DNA of 64,000 bases from Negaprion brevirostris (Eukaryota). Within the stretch, counting starts at the first letter, position 1. Each line of letters begins with the position of its first letter. Both the position numbers and the translations under genes were made by a program. A model generated the notes under the pieces. That model did no database searches, had not been told where the DNA came from, and saw nothing but the letters and a program-made list of their open reading frames with translations. Location: positions 19,606,423 to 19,670,422 of the forward strand of contig JARDVH010000193.1 in NCBI GenBank assembly GCA_030324005.1. The letters run 5' to 3'. Shown piece by piece: positions 1-11,750 of this stretch.

Positions 1-103
1 CAAGTGCTGGAAAATGGAATGAGACTAGTTAGGTGGCTATTTTTGAGTGATACAGATGTGATGGGCCAAAGCGCCTTCCCTGTGCTGTAGACTTCTAAAA
101 CTC
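1..103 (+). mobile_element. CR1/HER1 LINE 3' UTR fragment
   Basis: gatgggccaaagcgccttccctgtgctgtagacttcta resembles the CR1 3' terminal stem-loop and short repeat tail seen in other copies in this window. Confidence 0.6.
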
Positions 104-584
104 AATTATTAACACTTGAATTAAGTAAAACTGGTCCCTGAAGGCATCAAAGAATCATTCTGTTAGACAGGACTTCTCACAGGGGCTATTTCAAATTCTG
201 GTAATCAAAAATGTTTTGATAGTGAAATAGCGGAGTAATTCTCCAGCCGCGCTGGTCTAAAAGACAAAAATTTCCACCCAACTGTCAATGGCATTTCGCA
301 TTCTCCAGAACCCACCCACTAGAATTCCTTAAACTGGCGGCAAATATTTGGAGAGAAGTAGCGAATTCCATCATAGTTTCCTTCTTCTTACATGCTTCTA
401 GTTTATTTCGTGTATTGGTGTTTGAAATTCAATGCACAATGAAGGTGATCTTTCTGGAGGAATTGTAAAGAAAACTGAAGTTCCAAATTTTTCACATAGA
501 TTGAGCAATAATAGTGGTTATGTGCTTTTTTTCATACTAACCTTATCAATCATAGCATTGTGATTACACCGTGCAAAATACAGA

Positions 585-1478
585 GACCTGGATTTTGTAG
601 TCAGTGGTCTTTTGGGGAAAACTGCCCAAAAAGATTGAATAATCCCTGTAGCATCGTTTTCCCCTGTCCCCATGACAGTTTAAGTTTGACACCACATCAA
701 GGGCATGCAGTAACAGTATTGTCAGCAAGCAAGTAAGCAGTTAATCACATTGAAATAGCTACACTCAGTTAAAAGCATTAAAAAGCACCTTTTGTTTTAG
801 ATTATGAGACAAATAATCATGATTAGATTGAAACTAAAAAGTCTCCAAATTTCTTTTAGCAATTGAAATGATTTTTATAGTGTAATGGAGTAAAATGAAC
901 TCCTCGTGGTCAGCACATATGTTTAGCAGTAATTATGAAGGCGGCACAGTGGCATAGCAGTTAGTACTGCTGCCTCACAGTGCTAGGGACCCGGGTTCAA
1001 TTCCGACCTTAGGTCACTGTCTGTGTGGGTTTCCTCCCACACTCCAAAGACATAGTCAGGGTAAGTTGCCCTTTAGTGTCAGGTGGACTAGCAGCTTGAA
1101 TATGTGTGGTTACAGAATAGGGCCTGGGTGGGATTGTTGTCACTGCAGGCTTGATAGGCTGAATGGCCTCTTTCTGATTCTATTATTCTCGTACTCCGCT
1201 AAATAGTAACCTGCACCTCATTCAACAAGGTGCAACTCTTTCAAGGGTTTTCACAATGAGACTACCAGCATAAGAATGGAAGTTCTCCTCAATTCAATTG
1301 ATTTCCTATTGATTGTAGTTTGGAGCTGGGTAGCACAAGAGCTTGAAAAAGTGTAAGGTCACTGGCAGTACATAATTCTGCACATGTACAGAACCCTGAA
1401 GTTTGCTTTCAGTTTCAGTGCAGTGATGATAGCAAGTGCTGACAATTTTGCCGTCATTGCCAGGCCCAAATCCAGGCC
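585..1478. mobile_element. Non-autonomous TIR DNA element (Harbinger-like) with a nested SINE
   Basis: Terminal inverted repeats GACCTGGATTTTG ... CCAAATCCAGGCC; no coding capacity; HE1 SINE inserted at 940-1189. Confidence 0.5.
940..1189 (+). mobile_element. HE1-type V-SINE (CR1 tail), internally deleted
   Basis: tRNA-like head ggcacagtgg...actgctgcctcacag...gggacccgggttcaattcc (A and B boxes), V-domain remnant gggtttcctcccacactccaaaga, tail gctgaatggcctc. Confidence 0.85.
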
Positions 1479-2267
1479 AAAGTCTCTAATGTAGCTCTGG
1501 GGAACGGCAGGAGTTAGGAGTTTTGAGATCACACTGAACTCAGTGGATACTTCCAACACAGCAGAAACAATCACCTTGAACCAAGCTTTTGAGCTGAGGA
1601 TCCCAGAACTTCAGGATAGCAGTGGCAGTTATCGTGAAGTGTTTTTCAAGAAGCTTGTCTTAACTCAACCAAACAAAAAGCCTTGTGTTTAATGCTCTGA
1701 GCTAACTTGTAATCAAGTTTTCAGCTGTCTTAATGCCTTATTTTATAGGCTGTCATGCACACTGAAATCCTTTGTCTGATCAAATAACCTTTTTAATGTC
1801 ATACATTATAGGATTTTTTTTGTCATGACATTGCGTGTCATAACAGGCTTTTTTAATGTTTCCTCCATGTCAAAGATGCTGCATATGATTAAAATAAGTC
1901 ACTTAAAAAAAAGATGATCCTAATGAAATCAGACTGTTGTGCCCTCTGACACTTTACTTCATGTTTAGTTCTGTTCCATGCTGCCACTTCATTCATATCC
2001 TCATTGTTATTTTCCTAGCATCATCACTCTTGCCCTCCTCAGCATCACCGCCACCATCCCACAGAAGTTTGATTGGTATCAAAGTAAACTTCTCCAAAGT
2101 GCTTAATTGTGAGGTGTCGCTAACATGCGTAATGCAATGAGACATTATTATATTCCTGCCCAAATATCTTAAAGCTGAACATCATTCAATCAGGACTGTG
2201 CCCTTGCAAGATTCAAAAGGAATAACAAGTGACAAATTTCAAAGACAGCTGAGAAGGCTTAATATTT

Positions 2268-2800
2268 GTTACACCCTTATCTGAGGAAAGAAGTAGTGTC
2301 ATTGGAAGCAGTTCATAGGAAGATCATTAGGTTGATTCTAGATATGAGGGGTTTGTCGTATGAAGAGATACTGCACAGTTTAGGCCTATGCTCTCTGGAA
2401 TTTAGAAGTATAAGAGATGGTCAAATTGAAGATGATGAAAGGTATAGATAAAGTAGACGAGGAGCGTATGCTTCTGCTGGTGGGGCATTCGAGAACGAGA
2501 GGTCACAGTCTTAGGATAAGGGGTAGAAAATTTAAAACAGTGTTGAGGAGAAACTACTTTTCCCAAAAGGTTGTGAATCTGTGGAATTCGCTTCCCCAAA
2601 AGTGTGGTGGATGCTGGGACAGTGAGTACATTTGAGGAGGAGTTAGACAGATGGATAATTGGTAATGGGTTGAACGGTTATAGGGAGAAGGCAGGAAAAT
2701 AGAGATGAGGAGCATATCAGGCATAATCAAATGGCGGAATGGAGTTGCTGGGCCAAATGGCCTAATTCTGCTCCAATGTCTTACGAACTTATGATCTTAT
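2268..2800 (+). mobile_element. CR1/HER1 LINE 3' fragment (RT C-terminus plus 3' UTR), degenerate
   Basis: Peptides PYLRKEVVSLEAVHRK...GLSYEE..LGLCSLE and RTRGHSLRIRG...RRNYFSQKVVNLWNSLP; 3' UTR gggccaaatggcctaattctgctcc. Confidence 0.92.
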
Positions 2801-4465
2801 AAGTGAACTCAAATTCTTAACTGACATGATCAAGAAAAGTCAGTGGATTTTAACCCAGGCTTAACATAAGACAATGGATTCATACTCATGTTATCCTTAT
2901 ATTTATAAGATTGGCCAAGTAGCTACAAGGTTATTTTTGTAGCGTAAATATGTTTGGGGGACATGATACTTACAGTATTCTTGATAAGGGGAGGAGTGTC
3001 TTTGTTAGATTCTGTAATATTTTGGCCCTCTTTTATGTTCTTTATAGTGATGGTATCAGATGTCAGTAAATAAACACAGTGGTACAGGTATACAGGTGGG
3101 GATAACCTGCACTGAATCTCTCCCCTTGCAGCATTCCACTTCATTTTCTGGTCTGTTTTCAAACATCTGTCAGGTTCTTGTTTGTAAGGTTTAAATGAGG
3201 CCGCCGAGTTTGCATTAGAACAGGTGGATATAAACCATCCCGTACAAAATGAATATCCAGGATTGTTAGAGACAGTGATTATGAAAGTTCAGTTGCATTG
3301 GCTTTTTAAAGGCTTTTGCTGCTTTCTTACTTTTCTGATTGCATTATCAGATCTTTACCAGATAATTCCAATGGACCCAGATGGTCCATTCTCCTGGGCC
3401 ATCCACAGTATTTCCACAACGGGTGATCCCATGGGCATGAACCTTCACAGACGTATGGAGGGCTGCAGTGATGGAAAACAAAGCGGCTTTAATTGTGTCA
3501 GACACATATTTAAGAATTTGGATTTGCAAGCCTAAGATAGGTAGTCAAGTATTCGTAAGTAGTTTTAAGGAAGTTTATTTGGTTTGTTTAGATGTAATGG
3601 TTTGGATATGAGACAGTAGCTAAATAGACATGAAAAGTATGCAACAAATGGTTGGCACAAAGTGTGTTCATCTCAGTGACTTATGATATCAGCATTCTGC
3701 CCTCCAGTGAAGTGTTATTCCTTGGTCCCTCTCCTATTAGAAGAAGGAAGTTGCTTGACTTGCACTGTTGCCTGAGGAGGACTGCCCCCTGTCTCTGGGT
3801 ACTACTTTATCTCTAGGGGTCAGCAGCATTCCTGGTGTCAATTATCCATTCAAATACTTCCGACAATGGGATACAGAACTGATGCCAAGATGCCAGGATG
3901 GTTACCTTGCCCCCTCTTCACTACCTTGACCTGAGGTCACCGGGATGTATAGGGCACCGGAAGACTTTCTACTATTGGTTCAAGAATGGTTGCAGAGTCC
4001 AATGACCTCAATGCAAGGAACACATCCTTTGACCTTCATCCCTACCTTATCTTGCTTGCATCCTTAGAATTTTGTCTTCTNNNNNNNNNNNNNNNNNNNN
4101 NNNNNNNNNNNNNNNNNNNNNNNNNNNNNNNNNNNNNNNNNNNNNTTCTTAAAGGTTTCCATTTCTTCTACAGTTTGAGAAGGAAGCATCCTTATTGACT
4201 TCACACAACCTATTTCAAGCTAACACAGTTATCTCTAAAATACAAGCTGTTTCCTAATTCATTGATTATTTTGCAGGAGTGCAGTTAATCTCTAGGCTAT
4301 TAGCATATAAGTGCATGCAGTTAGAGTCACAGGGGCTCGAAAGATTTTCCAAGTCTCCCTTCACACACATCCAGCCTGTGGATAATTCTTAAGTACTTTT
4401 TTCTCCTTAGCTCTCAATTCATCTGGTCAAAGTTCCTATCACTGTTACTTTAATGTTATTTCTTC

Positions 4466-4648
4466 TGTGCAGGTTAGGTGGATTGGCAAAGCTAAATTGT
4501 CCCTGATATCCACATAGAGTGCAGGTTAGGGGGATTAGTGGGGTAAATATATGGAGTTACAGGGATAGGGCCTAGGTAAGATGCTCTGTTGGAGAGTTGA
4601 GCTGAATGGCCTCTTCTACAATGTAGGGTTCTATGATTCCATGATTCT
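4466..4648 (+). mobile_element. HE1-type SINE 3' half
   Basis: tgtgcaggttaggtggattggc...gctaaattgtcc...ggatagggcctaggtaagatgctct...gctgaatggcctc...ctatgattccatgattct. Confidence 0.8.
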
Positions 4649-5307
4649 AAATCAACAGATCTTCTGCTGGTCTGTCAAATTGTCAGTCCTACCTGTGATG
4701 ATTCCTGTGGAAGATGGGACTAGGAAATCATGCCCAGCATTTTATTTTCTCAAAAGTAACGCACTAGATTGTGCCTGATATTTTTGTTTTGCATTTAAAA
4801 ATTATCCCAAAATCAAATAGCAGTGTTATTGGTCTAATAGGTATTGTGGCTATTTTGTTTCCTCTCAAGATAAACTTTTTTTTATACCAAGAAGCCACTA
4901 GGGCTGTTTTTCCATGAGCTTTTTGGAAAAATAAAATTTGTTATTCCCTTTAAACATCAGGTAAATTTTCCTTTGAATGCTTGAAATGGCAACTCACATC
5001 AACTCCTTGTATCAATCCCAATGTCAGAGACAATGATGCCCAGGCTTGGCAGAGACAGAGGTATTTGCAATCAGTTTACATTATCCGCTTTCAAATGTTT
5101 TGCCTTAGAAGATAACAAATGGTAAAAATTGCCCTGAATTTGTTACCACACTGTATTTTAGTTCTGTAAATCTCTGTACTCATGTGGAGTTGGAGTCCAT
5201 TGACACCGGTTCTTTTTCAAAGGCACCAACTCTGACCAAGAGTTCATTGGGTTAATATGTAGTCACATTTGTAAGTTTAGAAACTTAGTTTAGTTAAGCT
5301 AAAGTAT

Positions 5308-5630
5308 GGGGTGGCAGTGGCATAGTGGTATTGTTGCAGGACTAGTAACCTAGACACCGGTGGTGATGCTCTGTTAGATGGTGAAATTTGAATTCAATAA
5401 AAATCTGGAATTAAGAATCTACTGATGACCATGAAACTATTATTGTAAAAACCTAATCAATTCATAAATGCCTTTTAGGGAAGGAAATCTGCCGTTCTTA
5501 CCTGGTCTGGCCTACATGTGACTCCAGATGCACAGCAACGTGGTTCACTCTTAAATGCTCTCGGGAATGGGCAATAAATGCTGGCCCAGCCAGCGACAGG
5601 CACATTCCATGAACTAATAAATAAATAAAA
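5308..5630 (+). mobile_element. Second tRNA-derived SINE family (non-V)
   Basis: Head gtggcagtggcatagtggtattg...gactagtaacc, core ttagggaaggaaatctgccgttcttacctggtctggcctacatgtgactccag, tail atgggcaataaatgctggcccagccagcgac + (TAAA)n; second copy at 16145-16460 on the minus strand. Confidence 0.8.
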
Positions 5631-5927
5631 TATCCAATATACACTGACTGATATGAAAGTTGTACAGTGAACTTTTAAAAAAGTAGCTGTTAGAAAGAAA
5701 AAATTAACTTTGCTGCTTGCTTTCTTTTGTGGATGGGGCGGAGAAAACATGGCTTGCAATTGTATCACTTTACGAATATTTCTCTTTTCTTTAAGATTTC
5801 CCAATTGAAAGAACCAAACTCCGTTTTAAACTCTGCTTTTCTCTTTTCTTTGGCTTTGTAAAATTTTATATTAAATTTCAATTGTTTCCAACCCTTTTTT
5901 GGCATTTTGTAAGATGTTTCTCAGCCA

Positions 5928-6056
5928 AGGGCTGCAATTTTACCACCACACCTGCCCCGGAATTGAGATAGGCGAGGCTTGCAGAATGGACTTTTCCATT
6001 GGCCTCAGGCAGGATTTTACGAGCCTTGTCCGAGTGAGATTGGAAAATACTGGCCA
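5928..6056. mobile_element. Hairpin MITE (Harbinger-type TIR)
   Basis: agggctgcaatttta ... ggaaaatactggcc inverted ends; related copies throughout the window. Confidence 0.6.
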
Positions 6057-6115
6057 AGATTTCGTTCCCGGTGACTTTAGGATTCTAAGGCCAAAAGAAT
6101 TATACAGGGACACAA

Positions 6116-6220
6116 GGGGTGGGATCATCTCGCTGTGCTCGCCCCAAAACTGGAAAATCCCGCCCGACGTCAACGGATCTTTTCAATTCCTGTGATGGTC
6201 AGGATGGGAAAATTCTGCCA
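6116..6220. mobile_element. Hairpin MITE (Harbinger-type TIR)
   Basis: ggggtgggatc ... gggaaaattctgcc, internal ggaaaatcccgccc; similar to 12775-12890 and 53700-53805. Confidence 0.6.
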
Positions 6221-6475
6221 AAGCTTTTTAAAAGACATCATTTCATCAATGCAGACTTACTATAGAAAAGGAACAGAGTCTTTCCCATATCTCTTTTATT
6301 TATCTTTGTTCTCCTTTAAAATAATTTTTCAATCTCTGATGTTTGTTACCTACCAATGTTGAAATGACCTGTCAGTAAAATGTGTCTTTAGTTTGAGCAG
6401 CTCTTCTTTAACTGTGGTACAAATGTTTTGAAAAGTTCAAATTTGATTTCTGCCAAATTTCTTCGAGATGCTAGT

Positions 6476-6770
6476 GTTGGACTGGAGTGGGCACAGTATG
6501 AAGAATCACAAGCTTTGACAAAGAGTCAACTAGACTTGAAATGTCAGCTCCTTTCTCTCCATACAGATGCTGCCAGACTTGCTGAGATTTTCCAGCATTT
6601 TCTCTTTTGGGAAGAAGTCTTGCAGCACCAGGTTAAAGTCCAACAGGTTTATTTGGAATTATGAGCTTTCAGAGCGCTGCTCCTTCAGCAGGCCATCCAC
6701 TCACTTGATGCAGGAGAAGCGCTCTGAAAACTCGTGATCCCAAATAAACCTGTTAAACTTCTTCAAGACT
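6476..6770. mobile_element. Penelope-like-element (PLE)-derived inverted-repeat element with a second PLE-type terminus nested at 6511-6609
   Basis: About 50-bp inverted arms 6642-6692 and 6704-6754, each carrying a degenerate hammerhead-like motif; nested segment tttgacaaagagtc...gacttgaaatgtcagc...cagatgctgccagacttgctgagattttccagcattttc. Confidence 0.65.
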
Positions 6771-7059
6771 TTGGGCTTATCTTTATATTTTGGGAGCAAA
6801 CTGTCGAGCCTTTTTGCAGATATGCAAGTGCATTCCAATTCAGACCTAAGGTCACACTTTAACCCGTAATTTTACTGTTGTGATGGAGAAGTCAGAACTA
6901 ATATTAATTGCTGATGGTCTCTATCATTAACAGTGTAATTTACTGGTCTCCTACTACCATCATATTCACATGGCCTCTATCGCTGCCTCCATTCTCTCTA
7001 ACCTCTTGTTTGATGGGGTGAAATTTCATCCGTACAAGAAGAAGGGGAAGTCGGGGTTC

Positions 7060-8390
7060 ACTGTTACTGTCAATCTCCACAATGCTCTTAATGTGGCAGT
7101 TCATAGGCGTAATGGCCCTGGCGAATGCAATTAACCCCATGCACTGGGGTGCCCCTTCTTGGCACCATGTTCCTAGGTGGTCCATATTTCTGGCAAGGCA
7201 ATAGGCCTTGATGGCTGCTACCTTAGCTTTTGTAGGTATACTGCAGAGGTTACAATGGGCCTGGCCTCAGACAGTACCAGAGTGATGGATCAATGTGTCC
7301 CAAGCCACTGTCTGATTCCTATGAAGACCCAAACCATTCTGGTCTAATGGCTGCAGCACCTTCAGGAAGAGGTTCTTAAAGTATGTGGTGTCAAAAGTAT
7401 GTATCGTTACCATTCTTGTCCTGCCACCCCCTCTCAGGTCGTACAGTATCAGTCAAGATCTCTGTCTGAACATACACTCAGTATTTTGACAAAAGCCTGT
7501 TTAATGCTAATTAGGGCTTGGTGAAAATCTATGTTCTCTTCCCCGAAGGCCCTTAACAGGTCAGCCTCCACATCCTTTGGCCATAATGTCCTGCTCCAGC
7601 TCTTGTTTTAATCCTAGGGTTCATACAACCAGGAAGATCGGTTTAAAATCATTATTTTCCAACTCTGGTTGTAAGGTCTTAAAAATGTCCCGCTTTGGAA
7701 TGAGGAAGAGGAAAGCAGCACTCGTATGCTCTGCAATCCCCAATCTTTCCCTCAGAACTGTAACCTCACTGGGTAAAGAGGCCTGTGCAAGGCATGACCT
7801 CTTCCCTGATCATGTGCTTCACCATTCCTCCTCAATCTTTATCTTGGCCGTGGCTCGGAGAACCAGCCACACTGGCATTCTCCCTTCGCATAAGAGAGAC
7901 AGAGCGAAGAAGAAATGTTTTCAACAATATTGTTCCAGCAAAGTCCTTGTTTTGGAGACAGCAGCAACAAGTGCCCATGTTGACTGATCTGTGCCTGAGG
8001 CTGAAGATTTAGCTAAACATGGAAAGTGGTTTGCTTCAGGGAAGCCAAAATGTTGTTGCCAAATTAACTCCCTCAAAGTCCCCCTTTCATCGTCTAGCTC
8101 CTCTCTTTGTCTGCTATTTTCTGTTTGTAANNNNNNNNNNAATACTTTGTTGTAGTGTTTTTTTTCCCTTGTATCATGCACTCTATCATGTGGCTCCTGT
8201 TCCCAGGAGTAACTGATTGTGTAGACCAGCAATATTCTCCTGACAGCCATCCCTTTCCTCTTGTGACTTATCTACCCTTTCCCTTAACTGGGTGTACATT
8301 TTTCAGCTGTAAGGCAAGCTCATGTGCACCACAGACCAACCTACTCCAGATTTCATTCAACTTAAGTCTGTCTTCCTTAACTGCTTTAAA
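7060..8390 (-). pseudogene. Degenerate retroviral/LTR-retrotransposon gag-like relic (C-terminal part)
   Basis: Minus-strand segments QLRERVDKSQEERDGCQENIAGLHNQLL, LQTENSRQREELDDERG (coiled-coil-like), PKDVEADLLRAFGEENIDFHQALISIKQ, FDTTYFKNLFLKVLQP, and a decayed CX2CX4HX4C knuckle NCIRQGHYAYE at about 7091-7140; contains stops and frameshifts. Confidence 0.55.
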
Positions 8391-9542
8391 AAGCTGAGTA
8401 GGAATAACTGGTCTTTTGCCAAGTGATAGGCAGTGACCAGCGGAGTTCCACAGGGATCTGTGCTGGGAACCCAGCTACTCACTGTATATATTAATGAGTT
8501 AGATGAAGGAACTAAAAGTCATGTCTCCAGATCTGCAGATGAGTCAAACCTGGGTGGGAGAGTGAGCTGTGCGGAAGATGCAGAGATGCTTCAGTGTGAT
8601 TTGGACAAGTTGAGTGAATGGATAAGAGCGTGACAGATGAATTATAAAGTAGATAAATGTGATGTTATCCACTTGGGTAGGCAGATTGTTATCTGAATGG
8701 CTACCGATTGAGAGAGGGGATGAGACCCAGGTGTTCTTTTACAACTGTCGTTTAAAGTAAGCATGAAGGTGCAGCAGATGTTAAAGAAGGCAGAAGATAT
8801 GTTGGCCTTCATAGCGAGAGGATTTGAGTAGACGGACAGGGATGTTTTGCTGCAATTATACAGGGCCTTAGTGAGACCATAACTGGAATATTGGTGGAAT
8901 TTTTCTGTCCTGCCTGCCATGGGAATCGGAGAGGGCGAGGGACACACAATGCAAAGGTCTGATGACCTAGGAAGGGATTTTACGGTTTCAGGCCAAATCC
9001 TGCTGATTGTATACAATTTTGGTCTCCTTATCTGAAGAAGGGAGCTGTTGCTTTAGAGGCAGCATAGTGAAGGTTTACGGGCTGGTCCTGGGATGACAGG
9101 CCTGAGATATGAGGAGAGATTGAGTTGGTTAGGATGATATTTGCTGGAGTTTCGAAGAATGGGAGGGATCTCATAGAAACCGATAAAATTCTCACAAGAC
9201 TAGATAGGATAGATGCAGGCATGATGTTCCTGATGATGGGAGAATCTAGAACCAAGGGTCACAGTTTAACGATACAGAATAGATCTTTTAGGACAAAGAT
9301 AAGGAGAGATTTCTTTGCACAGAGAGTGTTCAGCCTGTGGAATTCTCTACCACAGGAAACAGTTGAGGCCAAAACATTGTACGTTTTCATGAAGGAGTTT
9401 AATATAGCTGTTGGGGGCTAAAGGGATCAAATAACATAGAGGGAAATCAGGAAGATGTTACTGAGTTGGGATGATCAACTGTGCTCATAAGGACGTTGGA
9501 AAGAGTAAATGGCCTCCACATGCTCCTATTTTCAATGTTTCA
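8391..9542 (+). mobile_element. CR1/HER1 LINE, 5'-truncated, flanked by a TTAAA duplication
   Basis: VTSGVPQGSVLG...YINELDEG...SADES(FADDT-like)...LQCDLDKLSEW; GDLIETDKIL-like; RRDFFAQRVFSLWNSLP; TTAAA at 8386-8390 and 9543-9547. Confidence 0.93.
8893..9005. mobile_element. MITE inserted into the CR1 coding region
   Basis: Splits CR1 ctggaatattg|tatacaattttgg (LEYCIQFW); ggtggaattttt ... caaatcctgct; ATTG repeated at both flanks. Confidence 0.7.
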
Positions 9543-9710
9543 TTAAAGATGCACTCGTAACCTTTGTCACAATTTCCTGCAGCTCCAGAGGATACCTCTT
9601 GCTCCAGAAGTGCCAGTTTTCTTAGTCAAACTCTCTAACAGTTACCCCCAGCATACAACCTGCATGCTCACTTTCAGCGACTAGTATACAAGGACCTCCC
9701 CTCTCTCAAC
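9543..9710 (-). pseudogene. gag-like relic, N-terminal part
   Basis: VREFD*ENWHFWSKRYPLELQEIVTKVTSAS joins in frame to LKQLRKTDLS once the CR1 and one TTAAA copy are removed. Confidence 0.5.
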
Positions 9711-10879
9711 TTATAGCCGTTCAGATAATAATCTATCTTCCTGCTTTTACTACCCAAGTGGATAAACTCATGTTTATCCACTTTCTGCTGCAATGGCTTC
9801 ATTGAATAATTACTCCACCTGTATTGAATTACAGTCTAAGGCTGATACTTCTCCAATTTCAAGCCAGTGATAACCTTAACTACACTGAATCCCATTTCTC
9901 ACACCAATCTGTAAGATTTTGAGTTCAGGAGCCACAGACAACTAAAATAGGCAGTAAAGTATTCATTAGTAATTTTAAAGTAGTTTGTGAAGTTTGTTAA
10001 GAAGTAACCATTTAGAAATGATGCATTGGCCTAACAGGAAAGGTATACAGCCCATGTTAGCTGAGAGGGGTTCACTGATCCCAGAGGATAAATGGACAGT
10101 TGGAACAAATTGTGTTGTTCTCAGTAGCTTNNNNNNNNNNNNNNNNNNNNNNNNNNNNNNNNNNNNNNNNNNNNNNNNNNNNNNNNNNNNNNNNNNNNNN
10201 NNNNNNNNNNNNNNNNNNNNNNNNNNNNNNNNNNNNNNNNNNNNNNNNNNNNNNNNNNNNNNNNNNNNNNNNNNNNNNNNNNNNNNNNNNNNNNNNNNNN
10301 NNNNNNNNNNNNNNNNNNNNNNNNNNNNNNNNNNNNNNNNNNNNNNNNNNNNNNNNNNNNNNNNNNNNNNNNNNNNNNNNNNNNNNNNNNNNNNNNNNNN
10401 NNNNNNNNNNNNNNNNNNNNNNNNNNNNNNNNNNNNNNNNNNNNNNNNNNNNNNNNNNNNNNNNNNNNNNNNNNNNNNNNNNNNNNNNNNNNNNNNNNNN
10501 NNNNNNNNNNNNNNNNNNNNNNNNNNNNNNNNNNNNNNNNNNNNNNNNNNNNNNNNNNNNNNNNNNNNNNNNNNNNNNNNNNNNNNNNNNNNNNNNNNNN
10601 NNNNNNNNNNNNNNNNNNNNNNNNNNNNNNNNNNNNNNNNNNNNNNNNNNNNNNNNNNNNNNNNNNNNNNNNNNNNNNNNNNNNNNNNNNNNNNNNNNNN
10701 NNNNNNNNNNNNNNNNNNNNNNNNNNNNNNNNNNNNNNNNNNNNNNNNNNNNNNNNNNNNNNNNNNNNNNNNNNTAAAGGTCCCCATTCCTTACACACAA
10801 CACACTGATCTATCAGTCGACGTGTATCCATAGTGACTGACAGAGGCACCTCTACTTGGATTCCCTGTTGCAAATGCCC

Positions 10880-11750
10880 TAAATCACCATAGAGACACAG
10901 ACAATTCAGCTGTAACAAGGGAAACTGCAGGTAACATGGATCATGCGATTAGAGTTGCCAGTAGCAGCAAAAGTCAACTGTGTCCATATATTCTCGGCCT
11001 CTGTCTCCTCCCCGGCATGCTGCTATATATATCCTATGGGTACAATTGCCTTGGAAGTCACATCTCTAACTTCACTATACCTTCTGCAACACTGGTCCAC
11101 ATTACCAGCCGCGAAAGTGAGGATTTCATTTTTATCCCATTTTGTCCTTTGCACAAATCAGACAGGAATGTTCAGGCAGCAGAGGTGATGGTTGGAAGTA
11201 AAAATCTGGAAGATACTGACGAAGATGCCTGAAATGTAGTTATAATAATGAAATTCCTATACAGATCTCATACATACAGCCTAACCTCCCAACAAAACTT
11301 AGGGTTTGACCATTTCAATGAGGGTACCTTTTTAACAGTATGCTAATTACTGTCAAACAAACTTTGATACTGAAAATTAGTTTTTAGAAGTGTGGAGTCT
11401 CATTCCTTCAGCTTTTCACTCTTGCTAGAGATTTAAAAATAAAATCTGTTATTATATTTTCAACTTTCTTACCCTTATTTCTTCATCCAAACTTTCTTTC
11501 CCTCTACTTTTGGCTCTGTATCTAATTTGATATTGAATTTCTAACTTGCATATCCTGGTTCAGTCACAAGTCAAATTCATTTGCCACTCAAAATCTAATT
11601 CAGTAAATAACTGCCTATCCAGTATGAGCTGTTCCATGGGAGAGTCACTCATTTGTTCAATTATTTCCAACTGGAAGAAAATCCTGAACTTATATGAGAA
11701 GTTACAAAAATCTCACCACCTGTTTCAACACTTCGTACATTTTAACTGTG
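10880..11750 (+). mobile_element. Harbinger element relic (HARBI1-like transposase remnant plus non-coding end)
   Basis: LPVAAKVNCVHIFSASVSSP resembles the HARBI1-family LPVAVKVTxALNFxASGSFQ motif and the better-preserved relic at 14820. Confidence 0.45.

Noticed and set aside
940-1010. tRNA-like A/B boxes at SINE heads
   Set aside because: They are SINE promoters fused to V-domains, not tRNA genes
3690-4080. GC-balanced segment that might be a coding relic (also 34500-34990 and 37320-37680)
   Set aside because: No diagnostic motif in any frame I read; cannot be assigned
9975-10918. Long ORFs of 225-279 aa (also at about 24.5, 37.8 and 47.7 kb)
   Set aside because: They read through N gaps (poly-X) and are not coding evidence
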